Assembly (NCBI GenBank): GCA_027451365.1
Contig: DAIDJN010000073.1
Location: 1 to 64,000, forward strand
DNA: 64,000 nt
Reading direction: 5' to 3'
Source: Phycisphaerales bacterium
GTDB taxonomy: Bacteria; Planctomycetota; Phycisphaerae; WQYP01
A program made the translations under genes and the position numbers. Position 1 is the stretch's first letter, and every line of letters starts with the position of its first letter. The notes beneath the pieces are model-generated. The model saw only the letters and a list, made by a program, of their open reading frames with translations, did no database searches and was not told where the DNA came from. Below are positions 20,751 to 32,663 of the stretch, piece by piece.

Positions 20751-21251
20751 CTATCGCTGTAATTCGCGCACCAATAGCGCCAGATGGCCAAAATAAACGA
20801 CCGCATAGCCGGTACAAAAGACCCAGGCAAAAGCTGGATGTTCTTTTGTCGCGGGGCGTCTGTAGCGGCCCAGCCACCGGAAGAATAAGACCCAGCCGGC
20901 CATCAGAACCGGGGGAAAAATACACCCAATCCAAATTCGCGCCGCCGGCGAACCACCGAATTCTGACGCCACACCCGCCACTAAACCAATGAAAAGTCCG
21001 GACGAAAATGTGGAGAGGATGTTCACTATAAAAAATGATAACCTGCGCGTCCGCCGGGCGGTTCTAAGTCGCCCCGCATGACCATCAACAATCGCTTTTG
21101 TCGCTCGCGCGGCACGCGGTTCCCGCGAAGGGCCGCTCTCCCGCGATTGTTCGCCAGACGAATCATAATCTTCCTGCATAAGACATAGCCCTGTAAACAG
21201 AACCGATTGGCAACTTGGACACCGGACCTTCAAGCCGGGCAATTTCACCAC
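20751..21251 (-). CDS. Hypothetical membrane protein
   Basis: Three hydrophobic segments in the C-terminal half; start uncertain (21251 or 21179). Confidence 0.5.
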   Translation of the reverse strand: MVKLPGLKVRCPSCQSVLFTGLCLMQEDYDSSGEQSRESGPSREPRAARATKAIVDGHAGRLRTARRTRRLSFFIVNILSTFSSGLFIGLVAGVASEFGGSPAARIWIGCIFPPVLMAGWVLFFRWLGRYRRPATKEHPAFAWVFCTGYAVVYFGHLALLVRELQR

Positions 21252-21308
21252 CGCCCTGTCGCCACATCACGATGGGGGGCATTGGCCGTCATTACCGATC
21301 CTTGGCCG

Positions 21309-22931
21309 TCAGTTGTCGGGGTAACGGCTGCTCCGCACATCGGACCAATCAAGGCCAAATCGAAAAAGATATTTACGCAGACGGTCCGCGTCATTTGACA
21401 CCTTTTTCCTGGTGCGCGAGGCTGAATAAAGTCTTCGGCCGGCATCGGACAAGCTATCGGCCTGGCGGCATATTTCAATTACACCCCGCAACTGCAGACG
21501 ATCAAACAGATCAATGGCTTCAAGTTTTTCCGCCGGAAAAAACGATGCCAACAGATCGCGATTGGCGCATCCGTCTTCACCTTTGACGATCCACTGCTTT
21601 TCCAGTCGAAGAATTTCCTTTTCCACAATTTCCAGAGTGATTCGCCCGCCATCAGCGAGCGTCCCCATGCGATTGATGCTGGCATTCAAATCACGAAAAT
21701 TCCCCGCCCAAGCCCCGGCTGGGGATTTGGCAAAACTGATGAATCGCTGGCGAGCTTCCCTGCTGAATGTCACGTTATTGTTCTGGCGCAGGGCAAACTG
21801 ATCAAGTTCAAAGTCTATATTGGGTTCAATATCTTCAGGCCGCTGGCGAAGCGCTGGCAGACGGAAGGTCCACAAATTAATCCGCGAAAACAGATCTTCG
21901 CGAAAGCCGCCGGATTGGACGTGAGTCTGCAAATCCCGATTGGTGCCGGCAATAAGCTGGAAATCGCTTTTGGATTCTTCATCCGCGCCGACGGGCAAAA
22001 ATCGCTTTTCTTCCAGCGCGTGCAGCAGCATGGCTTGTTCGTCCGGGCCAAGCTCACCGATTTCGTCCAGAAATAATATGCCATTGTCCGCGGCGCGCAA
22101 CAAACCGGGTCGCGCAGACATGGCTCCCGTATACGCCCCTTTCACGTGGCCGAAAAGGGTGGACATGGCGGCATCGCCGCGCAATGTGGCACAGTTAATT
22201 TCCACGAAAGGTCCAGCGATTTGTCTGCGGCTTTTTTTAAGATCATAAATGCGCCGCGCCAGTTGTGATTTGCCAGCTCCGGTCGGTCCCATTAACAGGA
22301 GCGGGGCCTTGGAGGCAATGGCCACATGTTCGATCTCCTCCATCAGTTTATTGAAAGGAGCATTGAGGGTTTTTATTCCCCCTTTCAAAAAAGCCAGCCC
22401 CTCTTTCTTTTCCTGCTGGAATCGCGAGGCAATGCGATCGTAACGCGACAGGTCCAGATCAATAATCGAAAAAGTACCAGGATCTCCGGTGCGATGGCTG
22501 GAAGGCGGGGCTGTTTGCAGCAGTTTGCCGGGAAGATAATGGGCTTCAGTCAGAAGAAACAGACATATCTGAGCCACATGCGTGCCTGTACTTATGTGAA
22601 TGTAATATTCTTCATGTTGAGCATCAAAAGGATAAGCGCGGGCGAAATCATGCAGGGCGCTGTAGACCTCCTGAAAATCCCAAGGATCGGCTAATTCGCA
22701 CAAATGAGCGTTTACCTGCGTTTCCGGAGAAATACCCTGAATATCTTCCACAACCTGCGCGAAAAGTTTGCCAAATTTTTTCTGGGTTAACAGTTCAAGA
22801 CGATCCACCAGCAAATCTTCGTGTCGGCACAGCGAAACGGTTGGCCGCCAGCGCTCCCAACGTTCAGGGCCGCCCCCCGTGTCCAACACCGCGCCCAGAA
22901 AACCGATGACCACTGTCTTCTTCTTATTCAT
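21309..22931 (-). CDS. rtcR: RNA repair transcriptional activator RtcR (CARF + sigma54 AAA+)
   Basis: N-terminal RWERWRPTVSL, DPWDFQEVY, HISTGTHVAQIC; Walker A GPTGAGKS; GAYTGA; LFLDEIGE; C-terminal NDADRLRKYL. Confidence 0.96.
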   Translation of the reverse strand: MNKKKTVVIGFLGAVLDTGGGPERWERWRPTVSLCRHEDLLVDRLELLTQKKFGKLFAQVVEDIQGISPETQVNAHLCELADPWDFQEVYSALHDFARAYPFDAQHEEYYIHISTGTHVAQICLFLLTEAHYLPGKLLQTAPPSSHRTGDPGTFSIIDLDLSRYDRIASRFQQEKKEGLAFLKGGIKTLNAPFNKLMEEIEHVAIASKAPLLLMGPTGAGKSQLARRIYDLKKSRRQIAGPFVEINCATLRGDAAMSTLFGHVKGAYTGAMSARPGLLRAADNGILFLDEIGELGPDEQAMLLHALEEKRFLPVGADEESKSDFQLIAGTNRDLQTHVQSGGFREDLFSRINLWTFRLPALRQRPEDIEPNIDFELDQFALRQNNNVTFSREARQRFISFAKSPAGAWAGNFRDLNASINRMGTLADGGRITLEIVEKEILRLEKQWIVKGEDGCANRDLLASFFPAEKLEAIDLFDRLQLRGVIEICRQADSLSDAGRRLYSASRTRKKVSNDADRLRKYLFRFGLDWSDVRSSRYPDN

Positions 22932-22964
22932 ATATTATATGATAGCATTTTATTATATAAGATA
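22931..22964. promoter_or_regulatory. Putative RtcR upstream activating sequence
   Basis: 14-bp inverted repeat TATATTATATGATA-N6-TATTATATAAGATA (12/14 match), about 115-150 bp upstream of the sigma54 site and abutting the rtcR start. Confidence 0.55.
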
Positions 22965-23077
22965 GTACTGCGCCGTTCCCGGATAATCCGATTTTTCGTT
23001 ATGGCCGGCAACTTTATGTTAGATAACGCGTTATTTATACAGCAGTTATAATTTTTTTACTTTCAACATTCACGCTC

Positions 23078-23093
23078 TGGCATCGGTTGTGCT
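23078..23093 (+). promoter_or_regulatory. Sigma54 (-24/-12) promoter of the rsr-Y RNA-rtcBA operon
   Basis: TGGCATCGGTTGTGCT matches TGGCACG-N4-TTGCW with exact GG-N10-GC spacing; predicted +1 near 23104. Confidence 0.85.
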
Positions 23094-23109
23094 TTAACGT
23101 ATTGCGTCT

Positions 23110-23152
23110 GGTGGAATGCTGCGGCAAAGGTTGCCGCTGGCGATTGTCCACC
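23110..23152 (+). promoter_or_regulatory. Y-RNA-like bulged stem in the rsr 5' leader
   Basis: GGTGGA-ATGC-T-GCGGCAA-AGG-TTGCCGC-TGGCGA-TTG-TCCACC: same outer stem/ATGC...TTG/inner stem layout as the four downstream Y-RNA-like elements. Confidence 0.55.
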
Positions 23153-23200
23153 GCATGGCTTATCCGCAACAGCCGGATATTAAACCAAGGAGACTTCACC

Positions 23201-24769
23201 ATGGCCAACAAGACACTTTTTGAATCAACCATGGGCGCATTGATTCGGCCGACCGATGCACTGAACAGCGAAGGTTCACCGGCTTATGCATTTTCGCCCA
23301 AACAGATGCTGGCCCAATATGCCGCAACCGGCTGTATGAACGATACGTTTTATGCCACGGGTCAGGACCAACTGACGACGGTTCTGAAATTGTGCGCCGC
23401 GGTTGATCCGGAATTTATCGCCCGTACGGCGTTGTTCTGCAGAAGCCGCGGCCACATGAAAGATATGCCCGCACTGTTGTGCGCGATATTGTCTGTTCGC
23501 GGGCCGGGACTTTTGGCCGATATTTTCGACCGGGTGATTGATTCACCTAAAATGCTCCGCAACTTTGTGCAGATTATGCGATCCGGAACGGTTGGGCGGA
23601 AATCTTTGGGAACGCTTCCCAAGCGGCTCGTTGTGGCGTGGCTGGAAAGCCGCAGCGACGATTCCTTGTTTTGCGGCTCCGTCGGGCAGGACCCCTCGTT
23701 GGCGGATATTATTCGGATGGTTCACCCCAAGCCGGAAACGGCCTCTCGTAAAGCGATGTTCGGCTACCTGATCGGTCGCCCTTACACCGCCGCAGACCTG
23801 CCGACAATTGTTCAGGCCTATGAGGCGTTCAAGGCGGACCAGACTTCGGCAATGCCGGAGGTTCCGTTCCAGATGCTCACATCGCTGAAACTCTCCGATG
23901 CGCAATGGCGAGCCATTGCCGTGAGCGGATCCTGGCAGATGACGCGAATGAACCTGAACACCTTTGCCCGGCACAATGTGTTTGCCTGCGAACGGACGAC
24001 CGAGGCCATTGCACAGAAACTCCGTTCGCCCGAACTGATCGCCAAAGCTCGAGTGCTGCCATACCAGCTTATGGCGGCTTATACGGGCATCGGCCCCGAG
24101 GTTCCGGCCGTCGTACGCGAGGCCCTGCAGGATGCAATGGAAGCCGCGATTGACAATGTACCGGTCATCGACGGCAAGGTTTACATTTGTCCGGATATTT
24201 CACGGTCAATGCACTCGCCCATTACCGGTGTACGCACCGGGGGAACCACGACCGTGCGATGTGTGGACGTGGCGGCGTTAATTACCGCCGCCATTGTACG
24301 TAAAAATCCGCGATCCGATGTTCTGGCATTTGAAACCACCGTTGTGCCGGTTGACTACAACCCGCGCGACGCCGTGCTGACGAACGCTGGAAAATTTTCC
24401 AGTCTTCCCGCGGGCGGCACCAACTGCTCGGCACCGCTGGTGGAATTGAACCGCCGCAGCGCATCGGGCGATCTGGTAATCTATGTGTCGGACAACGAAA
24501 GCTGGATTGATTCGCCGCATTATGGCCGCTTTGGTGGAAGCCGCACTGAGACCATGAATCAGTGGGCAATTTTCAAGCGGCGTAACCCGGCGGCGAAGAT
24601 GGTCTGCATTGACCTGCAACCGAACGCCACGACACAGGGCGTGGAACGGGCTGACATTTTGAATATTGGCGGGTTTTCTGACCAGGTATTCGAAGTTATC
24701 ACAGCTTTTGTCGCCGGTACACTGGCCGCGGATCACTGGATTGGCGTTATCGACGCCGTAAGTTTGTAG
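23201..24769 (+). CDS. rsr: Ro60-related protein Rsr (TROVE + vWA domain)
   Basis: AGGAG SD before ATG 23201; LAQYAATGC, MKDMPALL, MLRNFVQIMRSG, RMNLNTFARH, vWA DISRSM, GGTNCS, VSDNESW, IGGFSD. Confidence 0.95.
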   Translation: MANKTLFESTMGALIRPTDALNSEGSPAYAFSPKQMLAQYAATGCMNDTFYATGQDQLTTVLKLCAAVDPEFIARTALFCRSRGHMKDMPALLCAILSVRGPGLLADIFDRVIDSPKMLRNFVQIMRSGTVGRKSLGTLPKRLVVAWLESRSDDSLFCGSVGQDPSLADIIRMVHPKPETASRKAMFGYLIGRPYTAADLPTIVQAYEAFKADQTSAMPEVPFQMLTSLKLSDAQWRAIAVSGSWQMTRMNLNTFARHNVFACERTTEAIAQKLRSPELIAKARVLPYQLMAAYTGIGPEVPAVVREALQDAMEAAIDNVPVIDGKVYICPDISRSMHSPITGVRTGGTTTVRCVDVAALITAAIVRKNPRSDVLAFETTVVPVDYNPRDAVLTNAGKFSSLPAGGTNCSAPLVELNRRSASGDLVIYVSDNESWIDSPHYGRFGGSRTETMNQWAIFKRRNPAAKMVCIDLQPNATTQGVERADILNIGGFSDQVFEVITAFVAGTLAADHWIGVIDAVSL

Positions 24770-24778
24770 AATTGTATC

Positions 24779-24862
24779 GCCAAGCCTGCGCAACGGAATG
24801 CCGATGGGATTACACACTGTCCTGTCATATCCCGCCGCTTTTGTCTGTTGCGCAGGATTGGC
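24779..24862 (+). ncRNA. Y-RNA-like element 1 (minimal, stem only)
   Basis: Outer stem GCCAA-G-CCTGCGCAACGGA / TCTGTTGCGCAGG-A-TTGGC; internal loop ATGCC / GCTTTTG; inner stem GATGGGAT / ATCCCGCC; no tRNA arms. Confidence 0.7.
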
Positions 24863-24938
24863 TTCCGGTTGTCCGCGTGCACGCCGGCCGGAAACGAACC
24901 TTGGTACCGGGTTGAAAACTGGAGATTAAAATGAACAG

Positions 24939-25063
24939 AGCAGCGGCGAATGCCGATGGAAGTACATTGGTAACCAGGAGGTTCGAATCCTGTCCCTCAT
25001 ACGTCGGCGACCAACCGGTCGCCCGACTATGGGAAAACTTCCATCATTTTTGTCGCCGTTGCT
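24939..25063 (+). ncRNA. Y-RNA-like element 2 (T-loop plus long hairpin, no D arm)
   Basis: Outer stem AGCAGCGGCGA / TCGCCGTTGCT; ATGCC / ATTTTTG; inner stem GATGGAAGT / ACTTCCATC; GGTTCGAATCC T-loop; long hairpin closed by GCGACC-AACC-GGTCGC. Confidence 0.78.
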
Positions 25064-25119
25064 TCATATACATGTTCGCCACTCATTGCTTTTCGAGTGT
25101 CGGATTGAATGGATCACTG

Positions 25120-25271
25120 GCGACAAATGCCGATGGAACTACAGATTCCCATTCTCGAGGCCGTGGGTTCGATTCCCACTCATTCCGGCAACCGGGCAGG
25201 TCCGAAAGGTCCGTCCGCGCCGGGGTGGTAGCTCAATGGTAGAGCACGCGTTTCATCACTTTTGTTGTCGC
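25120..25271 (+). ncRNA. YrlA-like Y RNA 3 with circularly permuted tRNA domain
   Basis: Outer stem GCGACAA / TTGTCGC; inner stem GATGGAAC / GTTTCATC; T arm GTGGG-TTCGATT-CCCAC, then a loop-closed acceptor stem TCATTCCGGC / GCCGGGGTGG, then D arm TA-GCTC-AATGGTA-GAGC (order T-acceptor-D). Confidence 0.88.
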
Positions 25272-25278
25272 TTTTGAA

Positions 25279-25420
25279 GGGTCGCAGCAGCGCGAATGCG
25301 GTCGGAATTACTTGTTCCGGGTTCGAGTCCCGGCGTTCTGAAAGCTCTGCTTCCGGGGCGTAGCTCAATGGTAGAGCGGTACCCACAATTTCGGCGAAAA
25401 TTGGTCGCCTGCTGCAGCCC
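25279..25420 (+). ncRNA. YrlA-like Y RNA 4 with circularly permuted tRNA domain
   Basis: Outer stem GCAGCAG-C-GCGA / TCGC-CTGCTGC; inner stem GTCGGAATT / AATTTCGGC; T arm CCGGG-TTCGAGT-CCCGG; acceptor CGTTCTG / CGGGGCG closed by a loop; D arm TA-GCTC-AATGGTA-GAGC; followed by T6. Confidence 0.88.
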
Positions 25421-25462
25421 TTTTTTAATTCTGTTACAGTGAATCTGACTTAAGGAGCACCC

Positions 25463-26974
25463 ATGGCCTTTGTTGAACAGACTCCACCTGTTAGCGATCC
25501 GTTCATTGCCACCGGCGAGGCGACGGCGATTCTGCCGGCGCGCGATTCGAAACAAAAACCGATCACCGTCATCGGCACGGCGGCCGTTCGTCAAACATTT
25601 GATGCCATGTGCCTGACTCAGGCGCTAAATTCACGTGGCGCACCGGGCGTAACCGACCTGGTGTTGAATCCTGATGCGCATTGCGGCTATGGCGCACCGG
25701 TAGGCTGCGTACTGGTGTCGCCTACCCATGTGTATCCTGGCCCGGTGGGCGTAGATATTAAGTGTTCTATGAGCCTTTTGCAGCTTGATCTTCCCGCGGA
25801 GGCAGTGGCAGATGTTCGAATCCGGCGGGCGTTGATTGACGCCATTGTCGAGCGCACACCAACCGGCGCGGGCAAAGGACAGCGATCGGCAAAAAAAGGT
25901 CGCCAAGTTTCCGAAGATGTCGGTGTGCTGGTTGCCACGCAGGGAGCGTCGGCGGCGGTGTGCGGTCGGCTGGGCATACCGGAAAGCTGGACGAATTATT
26001 GTGAAGATTCATTTCATTTGGGGCATGATGATACAGTGGATTCTTTGTCACAGCGGTTGGAGATTCTGCGTACTGGCCAGCTAAAGAACTTTGCGTCCAA
26101 AATCAGCCAGCTAGGATCTTATGGAGGCGGAAATCACTTTGGGGAATGCGAGATTGTACATATTTTGGATAACCCGCGGGCCAGAACGATTGCCGAGCAT
26201 TTCGGCCTGAAGGAAAACCATGTGGCGTTTCTTTCGCATTGCGGATCGCGCGGATTTGGATTTCAACTCGCCAATAACCAGTTTCGATCGCTGCAGAGCA
26301 AGTTCGCGCAGTGGAGTATTCCATTACCTGGAAACGACCGCGAATTGGTTTATGCGCCGCTGGGAACGCCCGAAGCGGATGCATATATAGACGACATGAG
26401 TCTTGGGGCTAATTTTGCCACTGTCAATCATCTGCTGATCAATGCCCTGGTTCTGGAGGCATTCCAGCAGGTATTGCCTGGAACCACTGGCACACTGGTT
26501 TATTTCATCAGTCACAATATTGCACGCCGCGAAATTGTGGATGGCCACCTCGCATGGGTTCACCGCAAAGGCGCCACGCGGGCTTTTCCGGCAGGCCATC
26601 CGGGATTGAAAGGAACCCGATATGCACAAACCGGCCACCCCATTTTGCTACCGGGCAATCCGCAAGCCGGCTCAGTGGTCATGGTGGCTGATCCAGAGGC
26701 CGCTAAAAGCTGTTACAGTGTAAACCACGGCGCGGGACGACAGATGGGTCGCAAGGCGGCCCTCCGTGCGCTTGACCAGCAAACGATTGATGAATCCTTC
26801 ACCGCCTGTGACATTTTAAGCAACTGCCGCAATTATCCGCGCGATGAAGCGCCGGCGGCCTACAAAAATTTTGACGATGTTCTGGACAGTGTTAAAGGAG
26901 CGGGACTGGCCAGCGAAGTAGCGCGGCTCAAGGCACGTTTTGTCATAAAAGATGCCGACAAAGCGGATGATTGA
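25463..26974 (+). CDS. rtcB: RNA ligase RtcB
   Basis: PDAHCGYGAPVG, VGVDIKC, GGGNHF.E, HCGSRG, SHN, HRKGAT, HGAGR, DEAPAAYK; AAGGAG SD. Confidence 0.93.
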   Translation: MAFVEQTPPVSDPFIATGEATAILPARDSKQKPITVIGTAAVRQTFDAMCLTQALNSRGAPGVTDLVLNPDAHCGYGAPVGCVLVSPTHVYPGPVGVDIKCSMSLLQLDLPAEAVADVRIRRALIDAIVERTPTGAGKGQRSAKKGRQVSEDVGVLVATQGASAAVCGRLGIPESWTNYCEDSFHLGHDDTVDSLSQRLEILRTGQLKNFASKISQLGSYGGGNHFGECEIVHILDNPRARTIAEHFGLKENHVAFLSHCGSRGFGFQLANNQFRSLQSKFAQWSIPLPGNDRELVYAPLGTPEADAYIDDMSLGANFATVNHLLINALVLEAFQQVLPGTTGTLVYFISHNIARREIVDGHLAWVHRKGATRAFPAGHPGLKGTRYAQTGHPILLPGNPQAGSVVMVADPEAAKSCYSVNHGAGRQMGRKAALRALDQQTIDESFTACDILSNCRNYPRDEAPAAYKNFDDVLDSVKGAGLASEVARLKARFVIKDADKADD

Positions 26975-27015
26975 ATCACCGGAGCCGCAGACATTCTGAA
27001 AATTCTGGAGTTTGG

Positions 27016-28047
27016 ATGATCACACTTGACGGATCCATGGGTGAAGGAGGCGGCCAGATATTACGTTCCGCACTGGCGCTTTCCATGGCTACCTCTTTGC
27101 CATTCCGCATCGAAAATATTCGTGCGGGAAGACCCAAACCCGGGCTTATGCGACAGCACCTTACCGCAGTTAGGGCCGCCATACAGATATGCGGCGCCAA
27201 GGCCAGCGGCGTGGAAATGGGCGCACAATGCGTGGAATTCCGCCCCGGGAACATACAACCCGGTCCATATCATTTCGCCGTCGGCACCGCCGGAAGTGCC
27301 ACGCTGGTACTACAAACCATTCTGCCCGCGTTGCTGCTTGCCAACGGCCGGTCCACGGTGGAATTGGAGGGCGGCACGCATAACCCTTATGCCCCACCGT
27401 TTGATTTTCTGGAGAAATGTTTTCTACCGGTCGTAAACGCCATGGGACCGCGCGTAGATGCTAAATTGGAACGAACGGGGTTTTATCCCGCAGGCGGCGG
27501 AAAATTTCACGTAACAATTGACCCGGTGAAAAAGCTCACCCCGATTCACTTCACCGAATTTGGGCAAATCGTTCGCCGATCCGGACGGGTACTGATCGCT
27601 GGTCTGCCGAACACGATTGCACAGCGTCAGTTGGAAGTTCTTGGCCGCCGCACTGGCTGGGATGCTTCCTGTTTTACGATCGAAAATCTTCCCGAACGCA
27701 CTGGTCCGGGAAATGCCGTGATTCTTGAGGTGCAAAGCGATCATATCACTGAAATTTTTACCGGTTTTGGCCAGAAGGGCCTTTCGTCGGAAGCAGTTAT
27801 TGAACAGGTCGTCAGCCAGATGCGCTCCTATATCATGGCGCAAGTACCCGTCGGACATTACCTCGCCGACCAGTTGCTGCTGCCAATGGCCCTGGCTGGT
27901 GGTGGCACCATTTTGACGCTTCCGCTTTCGCGCCATTCCAAAACCAATATAGAAGTCATTCAAAAATTTCTTGCAGTCCCCATACAGGTACTTGCGCCAC
28001 GGGATCGCATTGCATTGGTCGGCATTGGAACGCCGCCAGCTATTTGA
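27016..28047 (+). CDS. rtcA: RNA 3'-terminal phosphate cyclase
   Basis: LDGSMGEGGGQILRSALALS, PGLMRQHL, GTAGS, GFYPAGGG, LADQL, catalytic His in SRHSKTN; start ATG 27016 after GGAG. Confidence 0.95.
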   Translation: MITLDGSMGEGGGQILRSALALSMATSLPFRIENIRAGRPKPGLMRQHLTAVRAAIQICGAKASGVEMGAQCVEFRPGNIQPGPYHFAVGTAGSATLVLQTILPALLLANGRSTVELEGGTHNPYAPPFDFLEKCFLPVVNAMGPRVDAKLERTGFYPAGGGKFHVTIDPVKKLTPIHFTEFGQIVRRSGRVLIAGLPNTIAQRQLEVLGRRTGWDASCFTIENLPERTGPGNAVILEVQSDHITEIFTGFGQKGLSSEAVIEQVVSQMRSYIMAQVPVGHYLADQLLLPMALAGGGTILTLPLSRHSKTNIEVIQKFLAVPIQVLAPRDRIALVGIGTPPAI

Positions 28048-28076
28048 TTCCCGTTCCCCTTAAAATATGCCCATGG

Positions 28077-28116
28077 AAAAGGCCGGGCTGCTGTAAAGCA
28101 ACCCGGCCTCGCTTTT
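28077..28116. terminator. Probable bidirectional intrinsic terminator between rtcA and rpoC
   Basis: A4 run overlapping the hairpin AGGCCGGG-C-TGCT-GTAA-AGCA-A-CCCGGCCT, followed by CGCTTTT, between convergent genes. Confidence 0.75.
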
Positions 28117-28141
28117 GTCATGGTAATGGCGGTCGGCGAAC

Positions 28142-32494
<4,353 letters not shown>

Positions 32495-32663
32495 GATTGA
32501 AGCTCCGCTAAAAACGCGCGCCGTTATTTCTTTTCTACTGTCAACTTGCCGACTGGTCCGGGCGGATCAAGCATCAACTGTTTGCCAGCCAAGCGATAAT
32601 CCAGCCGCAGCCACCGGCAAGTGCGGCGCCCAAAGCGCCGCAATACCTGGAATCCGCGGGGGC

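Noticed and set aside
23024..23050. IHF site between the putative UAS and the sigma54 promoter
   Set aside because: Plausible by position but only a partial match to WATCAR-N4-TTR in AT-rich DNA
23087..23200. N-terminal extension of Rsr in the ORF track
   Set aside because: It starts inside the sigma54 promoter; a strong SD supports ATG 23201
24820..24828. CTGTCAT in element 1 as an Asp anticodon loop
   Set aside because: No supporting stem and not at the equivalent position; chance-level match
24931..25242. 103-aa ORF with a GGAG upstream and an internal repeat (ANADGST / TNADGTT)
   Set aside because: The repeat is just the translated Y-RNA motif. Conservation follows base pairing and tRNA arms, so the ncRNA reading fits better, though a translated peptide is not formally excluded
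25163..25377. Conventional tRNA genes suggested by D-arm and T-loop motifs
   Set aside because: Within each element the T arm precedes the D arm and the acceptor stem is loop-closed with no CCA. Joining the element 3 D arm to the element 4 T arm gives no valid acceptor stem
24779..25420. CRISPR array suggested by the recurring AATGCCGATGG
   Set aside because: Repeats are degenerate, spacing is about 150-180 nt, the intervening sequence is structured, and there are no cas genes
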